The notes below the pieces were generated by a model that saw only the letters and a program-made list of their open reading frames with translations, made no database searches and was not told the DNA's origin. 46,845 nucleotides of DNA, taken from contig DASSAH010000346.1 in NCBI GenBank assembly GCA_035685585.1, positions 1 to 46,845 on the forward strand. Direction: 5' to 3'. This DNA is from Coriobacteriia bacterium. Its GTDB lineage: Bacteria; Actinomycetota; Coriobacteriia; Anaerosomatales; SLCP01. Below, piece after piece: positions 40,930-46,845 of the stretch. Within the stretch, counting starts at the first letter, position 1, and the number at the start of each line of letters is the position of its first letter. The translations under genes were made by a program, and so were the position numbers.

Positions 40930-41576
40930 TCTCCGCCGTCCCGCAGACCGCCGCCTGGCGCCGTCAGCTCGATCGCGCCGCAAAGGACGCGCTCCCCCGC
41001 GCCCGCGTGGCCACGGTCAACGCGCTCGCCCGAGCGAGCCTGAGCGGTCAGCGTCGCGAGCTGGCGAAAATGACGCTGCGCAACCGATACACCGAGGGCA
41101 GCCTCCGAATCTCGCTCGCCAAGGTGCGCAGCTCGGGCGCGGCTGGCAACGCGATCATCGGGACTGTGAGCCCGTACCTGCCCCTGCAGGAGCGCGGCGG
41201 AATCCGGCGGCCGGTGCGCGGGCGGCTCGTTCCCGTGCCGACGCGTGGCGCCCGCGGTGGCAACTGGCGTGCTCCTGTCCCGCGTCGGCTCGCGCTCGGC
41301 CCGCAGGTGCGGTTCGGTGAGACGAAGCGCAGCGGGAAGAAAGGCCGCAGTCGCGCTCGATCTTTTTTCGTGCTCGTCTCCGGCCCGCGGATGCGTCGCC
41401 CTGGCGTGTTTCTCCGCGAGGGGCGCCGGCTGCTGAAAATCCGCACGCTCATGCCGCGCTATCACGTCGAGGCGACGCGCTGGCACACCGGGCCCGTGCG
41501 CAAGTACGCGACGCACAGCCTCGCCGCGCAGGTGTTCATCCGCGAGGCGAAAAAGCTGCTTGGGCAGATCCGGTGA
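40926..41576 (+). CDS. Hypothetical basic protein (216 aa), possibly virion-morphogenesis related
   Basis: ATGA-coupled, Arg-rich. No confident family. Confidence 0.45.
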   Translation: MISAVPQTAAWRRQLDRAAKDALPRARVATVNALARASLSGQRRELAKMTLRNRYTEGSLRISLAKVRSSGAAGNAIIGTVSPYLPLQERGGIRRPVRGRLVPVPTRGARGGNWRAPVPRRLALGPQVRFGETKRSGKKGRSRARSFFVLVSGPRMRRPGVFLREGRRLLKIRTLMPRYHVEATRWHTGPVRKYATHSLAAQVFIREAKKLLGQIR

Positions 41577-42130
41577 CGCACCGTATCATCGCCATCGCCG
41601 GCCACAAGCGCAGCGGTAAGTCAACCGTCGCGGTGCACCTCCGCGACCGCTACGGATTCCAAGTCCGCGCGCTCGCGGATCCGATCAAGGCGGCGTGCCG
41701 CGAGATTTTCGGCTGGACCATAGAGCACACCGACGGCGCGCTCAAGGAAACCATCGACGAGCGCTACGGCCTGAGCCCGCGGCAGGCGATGCAACACCTC
41801 GGCACCGAGTGGGGGCAGTTCGGCCTGTCGGGCGAGTTCCCGCGCTTCGCCGAGCGCACCGAGCGCGGCCTCTGGGTGCGCCGCCTCCTCGCGGGGATCT
41901 CGGGAGACGTTGTCGTGCCGGACGTGCGCTTTCTCCACGAGGCCGGCGCGCTCGGGGAGTGTGGCGCGGTGATCTGGCGCATCTGTCGGCCCGACTGCCG
42001 GGGCGACGCGCACGCGAGCGAGGCCGAGGTCGACCGGATCGACGCCGACGCGATGATCGAAAACTGCGGGACGCTGGCCGATCTCGAGGCCCGCGTCGAC
42101 GAGCTTATGCGACAAGTGAGGCAACAGTGA
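41573..42130 (+). CDS. Deoxynucleoside monophosphate kinase-like P-loop kinase
   Basis: IIAIAGHKRSGKST (Walker A), DPIK, RQAMQHLGTEWG, VVPDVRFLHE. Resembles phage dNMP kinases. Confidence 0.7.
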   Translation: MTHRIIAIAGHKRSGKSTVAVHLRDRYGFQVRALADPIKAACREIFGWTIEHTDGALKETIDERYGLSPRQAMQHLGTEWGQFGLSGEFPRFAERTERGLWVRRLLAGISGDVVVPDVRFLHEAGALGECGAVIWRICRPDCRGDAHASEAEVDRIDADAMIENCGTLADLEARVDELMRQVRQQ

Positions 42131-42924
42131 TCCGCATTCTCGACGAGGGCGACTACCACTGCGGCGACGTGTTCGGGCTCGGCAATCCGGACCACTGGCC
42201 GACCCGCAAGCGCCGGGCCGCGGAGCTCGTCTGGTCGTGGCGGCGCGAGCGCCTGCGCGAGATCGGCCGCGTCGACGTGCACTTGCTCGGGGGCGACCTG
42301 GTGCACGGGCTGCCAGACCGACACAACGCGCTCGGGGTGCTCACGGCCGACCTTGACGAGCAGGTCGAAATGGCGCAAGAGGCGGTCGCCGAGGTCAAGG
42401 CGACGCATCGCTACTTCGCCTGGGGCACGCCGCGGCACACGGCAGACGGCAACATGCGCCTCGAGGGGCTCGTCGCCGGCGCGTTCGACCAGCACCCGCA
42501 CGACGAGATCGCTCTCGGTCCGCTGCACGGCGTGCGCCTGCTCGACAGGCACGTAGTCGGGCGCTCGGACATCCCCTACGGGCAAGGCACGCCGCTATGG
42601 CGTGAGTGGGTCCGCGACCAGCTCCGCGCGATCATGGAGGACTACAAGGCGGCCGACGTTCACGTGCGGCATCACGTACACTACTATTTCCGCGTCGAGA
42701 CGGACCGCGGGCAGGCGATCACGTGCCCCTGCTGGGAGCTGCCTCGCGCCCGCGGGATCGACGGAGCGCCCTACCCGCTGACGCTGCGCACGCAATACTA
42801 CACGGTCGGGATGCTACTGATCGAGATCGACCGCACGGGCGAGGTCTACGTGCGCCCGCAGATCATGCCGCTCAAGCTGACGGGGCCAAGGGAGTACCTG
42901 TGTCCGAAAATAGAAAAAGCCTGA
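42127..42924 (+). CDS. Calcineurin-like metallophosphoesterase
   Basis: GTG at 42127 (GTGA overlap). DEGDYHCGD (DxH), LLGGDLVHG (GD), WGTPRH, VRHHVH. Confidence 0.55.
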   Translation: MIRILDEGDYHCGDVFGLGNPDHWPTRKRRAAELVWSWRRERLREIGRVDVHLLGGDLVHGLPDRHNALGVLTADLDEQVEMAQEAVAEVKATHRYFAWGTPRHTADGNMRLEGLVAGAFDQHPHDEIALGPLHGVRLLDRHVVGRSDIPYGQGTPLWREWVRDQLRAIMEDYKAADVHVRHHVHYYFRVETDRGQAITCPCWELPRARGIDGAPYPLTLRTQYYTVGMLLIEIDRTGEVYVRPQIMPLKLTGPREYLCPKIEKA

Positions 42925-43157
42925 CCCGGCCAGCGCCCGTGAAGCTGGACGCTGCGAAACTGGCGGCCCTCGAGGCCGCGTTCGAGGCTCTGCCGAAATC
43001 CTACGGCGGGAGTAAGCGGACGCCGACGCCCGAGCAGGCCGAAATGCTGCGGCGCTACTGGGCGTCGGGCAAGAGCCGGGACGGTATGGCGCGAGCGCTC
43101 GGCGTGGCCGAGGGCACAATGCGTAAGTGGGCGCGGGCGCTGGGGCTCGCCGGGTAG
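42900..43157 (+). CDS. Small HTH DNA-binding protein (85 aa)
   Basis: GTG at 42900 preceded by AGGGAG. C-terminal HTH GMARALGVAEGTMRKWARALGL. Confidence 0.5.
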   Translation: MSENRKSLTRPAPVKLDAAKLAALEAAFEALPKSYGGSKRTPTPEQAEMLRRYWASGKSRDGMARALGVAEGTMRKWARALGLAG

Positions 43158-43544
43158 CTACGCCGCCGCCCTACTGCGCGCCCTCTGCGCCGCCCCGGGC
43201 TGGTCGGCCGCCGCGAGGATCTTGTTTATCTCGCGCTCTGCCTGCTCTTGGAGCCTGCCGGCGGCCTCGCGCAGCATCGTCGCCGCCGCGAGGGCCTGCG
43301 CAGTGGCGCTCCTGGCGCGGTCGCCGGCATCCTCGCCAGACTGCTCTGCGCGCTCGAGCGCTGCCGCCAGCTCGGCTATACGCCCGGCCCGCTCCGCGAG
43401 CTTGCGCGCGGCGGTCTGGTCCCTCACGGCGGCGCCCCGGGAGTGCCCGGCCGCGTAGGCCAGCACGAGCAGCCCGGCGACGGTCCCGACGGCGATCGCC
43501 GCGCCTGAGATCACCTGCCAGACGGACAGCTCGAGGTAACTCAT
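43158..43544 (-). CDS. Membrane-anchored coiled-coil protein (128 aa); last gene of the leftward operon
   Basis: ATG at 43544 (ATGA overlap). TM helix VISGAAIAVGTVAGLLVLAYAA, then an Ala/Glu/Arg-rich helix. Confidence 0.55.
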   Translation of the reverse strand: MSYLELSVWQVISGAAIAVGTVAGLLVLAYAAGHSRGAAVRDQTAARKLAERAGRIAELAAALERAEQSGEDAGDRARSATAQALAAATMLREAAGRLQEQAEREINKILAAADQPGAAQRARSRAAA

Positions 43545-43816
43545 GCCTTGGCCGCCGGGTCGAGTGTCGCCGCCTCGATTTCGTGCCCCTCTGCCGTGTT
43601 TCCCCATATGGGGCGGCCGGTCTGGAGGATGCGGGCGATTATCCGCTCGACCACAGGTGTCAGCACGTCCTCGGCCGTTTTCGCGAGCCTCTTCTTGTGC
43701 CTGCCAGCATCGGCCAGGGCGGCCCGGCGAATGTATGGCGCGAGCTTTTCGCCGCCGGCGGCAAGCCGCAAGAGTGCGGCCTGCTCGTCGTCAAACGTGA
43801 CTTTGATCTCCGGCAT
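43541..43816 (-). CDS. Ribbon-helix-helix-like protein (91 aa)
   Basis: MPEIKVTFDDEQAALLRLAAGGEKLAPYIRRAAL is a strand-helix-helix pattern. The ATG shares a base with the recT stop (TAATG). Confidence 0.5.
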   Translation of the reverse strand: MPEIKVTFDDEQAALLRLAAGGEKLAPYIRRAALADAGRHKKRLAKTAEDVLTPVVERIIARILQTGRPIWGNTAEGHEIEAATLDPAAKA

Positions 43817-44742
43817 TAGAACAGCTCCTTGGGTCCGCTCCCGCTCGCGGGGGCCGCTGTGGCGGGCTGGGCCTCGGCGGCCGGCTGCTGCTCCGGCTCC
43901 GCGGCTGGCTCGGGCGACGTGCCCGGGCCGACGGTCTCCGCCGCCCGGGCGAGGCGGTCGACGCTGCGCTCGGTCACGTCGCGCATCGGCAGGGCTGGCT
44001 CGCGGTCGGGGGCGCCGTCGGAGTCGAGGCTGTCGAGCATGGCGAGCCCTTCGCTCTCGCGGACCACGTCGCGCAGCATCCACTTGATCGCCGTCTTTTC
44101 GTCCATTTCGTCTGGGCTCTTTTTGTAGGCGGGTGAGTCCAGCCCGTAGGCGCCCTCGATCGCCTTGACCTTCGACTGCAGGATGTGCCGCACGATCTTG
44201 CGGCCGTCTTTGTACTCAAGCACCATGAAGTAGCCGACGAGTTTCCCGCGATCTGCGAAGGGCTGGTACTTGTGCTCATACGTGCGCGCTGCGTCGTCGA
44301 GGCGGAACTCGTCCTTGTCGTAGACCTTCTGGAGCTCGGGCCACTTCGCCAGGAGCGCCCCTGGGCCGTAGGTCGACGTGAACAGGTAGCCGTCTTTCGT
44401 CGGCATCATCACGGCCCTTCCGGACTTCGGGACGAAATAGGCGTGCGGGAACTGGCCGCCGATCTGCAGGCCCATGACGGCCGCCTTGGACAGCCCCTGG
44501 TAGATCGACAGCATCCCGTGCGGCTCGGCGATGATCGGCTTGAGCGCGTCGCTCGTCGTGATCTCGACAAAAGCGCGCATCTTCCACACGTCGAAGTCGC
44601 CCGCGACGTTCGGAGCAGCGATAGTGCGCAGCTCGTCGGCCATCGCCGTGAGCATCTTCTCGACGCCCTGGCGCCCGCGCCCCCACTGCAGCGCAAGCTC
44701 CTGCCCGGTCTGATTCTGTGCGGTCTGTGTTTCCTTACCCAC
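43816..44742 (-). CDS. recT: RecT-family single-strand annealing protein
   Basis: ...GLQIGGQFPHAYFVPKSG...KDGY... core, acidic/Pro-rich C-terminal tail. GTG start with AGGAGG. A YqaJ exonuclease is encoded upstream. Confidence 0.8.
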   Translation of the reverse strand: MGKETQTAQNQTGQELALQWGRGRQGVEKMLTAMADELRTIAAPNVAGDFDVWKMRAFVEITTSDALKPIIAEPHGMLSIYQGLSKAAVMGLQIGGQFPHAYFVPKSGRAVMMPTKDGYLFTSTYGPGALLAKWPELQKVYDKDEFRLDDAARTYEHKYQPFADRGKLVGYFMVLEYKDGRKIVRHILQSKVKAIEGAYGLDSPAYKKSPDEMDEKTAIKWMLRDVVRESEGLAMLDSLDSDGAPDREPALPMRDVTERSVDRLARAAETVGPGTSPEPAAEPEQQPAAEAQPATAAPASGSGPKELF

Positions 44743-44983
44743 GCGGGGCCTCCTGTCTATTCGTTACGGTCGCGTGCGCGACCGCTTTTGTTGCGTGCCG
44801 CACCCATGCCTGCTGCCCGCCCTCCCATCGCTCGCGGTGCTTGCGCGCCGGTCCCTGCCAGCCGAGCCGCGCGAGGGCACGCGCCCACCACGGCGGGCGG
44901 TAGGCCCGGCGATGCTTGCGGTCAAGTTGGCGCAAGTAGGGGCGCATATCGGAGCGGGCGTGCTTCCAGCGGCGGGCGCTCAC
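44735..44983 (-). CDS. Small basic hypothetical protein (82 aa)
   Basis: GTGA overlap with the upstream stop. Arg/Trp-rich. The coding call rests mainly on coupling geometry. Confidence 0.4.
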   Translation of the reverse strand: MSARRWKHARSDMRPYLRQLDRKHRRAYRPPWWARALARLGWQGPARKHRERWEGGQQAWVRHATKAVAHATVTNRQEAPRG

Positions 44984-45270
44984 GGGTATCGCTCCAGAAC
45001 TGCTCGCCGTCCATTTTCCAGCGCCTCGCGAACATCACCGCTCAGGCGATGCGGCGGGAGCTTGGCAACGGCGCGCTCGCAGGCACTCAGGTCGCTCGCG
45101 TCCGATGGCATCTCGGACTTGTCGGGAGCGCGGCCCCCATAAGCCAGCCTCACGATAGCGTTGCTCGAAATACCAACCTCGCGATCGCGGTCGCCGAAAT
45201 TGCAGTACCCGGCTTGCATGGCCCTGCCGAGCAGGTACGCGATGTCGGCCTGCGCCTCTTCTATCGTCAC
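44980..45270 (-). CDS. Hypothetical protein (96 aa)
   Basis: GTG at 45270 overlaps the exonuclease stop (GTGA), with GGAGGGAG upstream. Confidence 0.5.
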   Translation of the reverse strand: MTIEEAQADIAYLLGRAMQAGYCNFGDRDREVGISSNAIVRLAYGGRAPDKSEMPSDASDLSACERAVAKLPPHRLSGDVREALENGRRAVLERYP

Positions 45271-46295
45271 CGCAACTCCCTCCATTCCGCCCGCTTTACG
45301 AGGCCGGCCCCCACAACCGCCTCGTGCAAGTCGGGCAACTTCCGCAGCGCCGCGATGTCCACAGTCTCGCGGCTCCTACCGTAAGAGCGGGCCAACAGTT
45401 CCCCCTCCGCGTTCGCGAGCACGGCGTTTTCGCCGATCATCAGCCCAAGCGCGTTTTTCAGGTCGTCGAGCTCGGCCTTGATCTCTGCCTCGCGGGCGCG
45501 CAGTTTGCGCCGCCGTTCGAGCATTTCGCGCGCCGCCTGCTCCTGCTCGCCAGCGACCATCGCCGTCGTCTGGCGAGGGATCGGGAACAGGCTGCAGACA
45601 TCCTCCCACGTCGCGGGCTGCGGCGGCTTGTCGTGCTCGACGTGCCACCAGAAGCGCTCCGCGAGCGCGAGGCTCGACTCCTGGACCTTGCGGTCGGGCG
45701 TAACGGGGCCATAGACGCGGTAATCGTTCGTGTTTATGAGGGCCGCGACCTCCACGCTCGGCGCGTCGTAGCAGAGCAGTTGCCACTGGACCTGCAGAAA
45801 CACGGCGGCGGGCAGTCCGTTAGCGCTGTGGTCGTCGGGGCTGTAGCCGAAGTCGGGATCATCGCCACGCATCGACGCGTGCAGGCTGTGGGATTTCGCC
45901 TCGACGAGTTGCGTTCCAGCCTCGTAGCCGCAGTCGCGCACAAGGTCAGCGTGTGCGAGGGCGAACGGGTAGCGCGGGTGCCAGCACTCGGTAAGCACGT
46001 GCAGGCCATATGCGGGTCGGATTTCCGTAGCCAGCTCGACACGGAACCGCGCAGCCACCTCCTCGCCCAGCGCGTCCCGCACCCAGCGATAGAGCACCGC
46101 CTGCTCGTGGACGTGCCCCCACCAGGTCGCGTCGTTGCCCGCCCACGGCGCGTCACGCCCGGTTTTCACGCGCCAGAGCGAGAGCGGCGTGTCGCCGTAG
46201 CGCACGTTCAGGCCGGCAAGCGTCGGGATGTCGGACGCGCCGACGCCCCGCCGGCGGGAGCCGTGGAAGTCTGTTATTCGGGTGTAGGGGTTCAC
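45267..46295 (-). CDS. YqaJ-like viral recombinase exonuclease (PD-(D/E)xK)
   Basis: GVGASDIPTLAG...HADLV...LVEAKS motifs. C-terminal coiled-coil extension. Partner of recT. Confidence 0.8.
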   Translation of the reverse strand: MNPYTRITDFHGSRRRGVGASDIPTLAGLNVRYGDTPLSLWRVKTGRDAPWAGNDATWWGHVHEQAVLYRWVRDALGEEVAARFRVELATEIRPAYGLHVLTECWHPRYPFALAHADLVRDCGYEAGTQLVEAKSHSLHASMRGDDPDFGYSPDDHSANGLPAAVFLQVQWQLLCYDAPSVEVAALINTNDYRVYGPVTPDRKVQESSLALAERFWWHVEHDKPPQPATWEDVCSLFPIPRQTTAMVAGEQEQAAREMLERRRKLRAREAEIKAELDDLKNALGLMIGENAVLANAEGELLARSYGRSRETVDIAALRKLPDLHEAVVGAGLVKRAEWRELR

Positions 46296-46489
46296 AGTTG
46301 GGCCGCCTGCTCGCGGTCGGTGAACTTGAGCGAGTGGTAGCTCAAGTCTACGAAAGACAGCGTACCGCTTTCGCCCTCTACCATCGCGCCATTCCGGCCA
46401 TCGTGAATCACGAAGCCGTGGAAGAAGCCGCGATAGAAAACGTTGTGGCTGCTCACGTCCACGGGTCGTCCGTCCATCTTAGCGCTCAC
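46292..46489 (-). CDS. Hypothetical protein (65 aa)
   Basis: GTGA overlaps at both ends. Confidence 0.45.
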   Translation of the reverse strand: MSAKMDGRPVDVSSHNVFYRGFFHGFVIHDGRNGAMVEGESGTLSFVDLSYHSLKFTDREQAAQL

Positions 46490-46743
46490 GCGTCACACTC
46501 CTCCGCCATCTGCTCCGGCGGCCCGCCGCGATACTCCCGCACGCCCTCTCTCCCAACCAGTCCGCCGCAGGCGCACACGCCGGCGACCGCGTGCTTGCAG
46601 AGCGGGCGAGGCCCGCACGTGCACATTCCGCCGCGACAGTAGACGCACGGGCTCGCCGGGTCGAATGCCGCGCGCTGCTCGCAGGCCGTGCGCTCGCTGC
46701 GCCGCACGCTGATCGCGATTTCGTCAGCGAGCGGGCCGATCAT
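46486..46743 (-). CDS. Cys-rich hypothetical protein (85 aa)
   Basis: ATG at 46743 (=39) forms ATGA with the stop of the 36..482 gene across the circular junction. CVYC...CTC...CKH...CAC. Confidence 0.5.
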   Translation of the reverse strand: MIGPLADEIAISVRRSERTACEQRAAFDPASPCVYCRGGMCTCGPRPLCKHAVAGVCACGGLVGREGVREYRGGPPEQMAEECDA

Positions 46744-46845
46744 GCGTTTATCCCCCGCACCGCCATACCGGCCGCGGCGCACGCCTCGCGGAGCCCGCGG
46801 CGCCGCTTCTCCTGCGGCGTCAGCGGTCCCGTGTAGCCGGCCGGG
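46705..46845. repeat. Direct terminal repeat, copy 2 (identical to 1..141)
   Basis: Exact 141/141 identity read directly. Confidence 0.95.

Noticed and set aside
43127-43819. 230-aa plus-strand ORF, and other Arg/Pro-rich ORFs across 43.1-44.1 kb
   Set aside because: They lie antisense to the coupled minus-strand genes (TM/coiled-coil protein, RHH, recT C-terminus), have low-complexity Arg/Pro/Ala composition and have no SD.
1-46845. CRISPR arrays, rRNA, integrase/transposase genes, reverse transcriptase/DGR
   Set aside because: There are no regularly spaced repeat-spacer arrays; the only repeats are the short ones listed. No ORF shows integrase R..HxxR..Y, DDE transposase or RT YxDD motifs on inspection of the translations.

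Overview
The window is a complete tailed-phage genome. Bases 1-141 are identical to 46705-46845, so the contig closes into a circle of 46,704 unique bp. It is high-GC, with strong GGAGG ribosome sites and more than 30 gene junctions of the ATGA/GTGA overlap type.

Layout:
(a) A roughly 20.7-kb leftward early operon runs from a divergent control region at about 17.1 kb down to base 36. It continues across the circular junction from 46743 down to 43158. It encodes RHH/HTH regulators, small membrane and zinc-ribbon proteins, two ParB-like proteins, a Toprim/P-loop primase-helicase and a VRR-NUC nuclease. It also carries a dense modification island (three DNA methyltransferases, four further SAM-methyltransferase-like domains and a GT-A glycosyltransferase), a DEAH helicase, a YqaJ exonuclease and RecT.
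(b) A short rightward unit (17223-19216) encodes a paralogous RHH protein, a zinc-finger protein and a lipoprotein, and ends in a terminator.
(c) An autonomous RHH plus 115-aa two-gene module (19218-19826) has its own near-consensus promoter.
(d) The late operon (20242-43157) has a lambda-type packaging and head module: Nu1-like TerS, gpA-like TerL, gpW, portal, ClpP-type protease/scaffold, gpD-like decoration protein and gpE-like capsid. This is fused to a Mu/P2-type contractile tail and baseplate, then a tail fibre, overlapped spanins, a dNMP kinase, a metallophosphoesterase and an HTH protein.

I found no integrase, transposase, complete tRNA, rRNA or CRISPR array.

Most interesting observations:
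- the translationally coupled methyltransferase/glycosyltransferase island
- the paralogous divergent RHH switch with CATGTT operators
- the toxin-antitoxin-like moron
- a low-GC ParB/ParB/Nu1-fragment island containing a tRNA-3'-half-like element
- a Trp-rich gene inserted into the baseplate module between duplicated gene junctions
- a lysis apparatus split between two loci

All functional calls come from motif recognition by eye. No database search was run.
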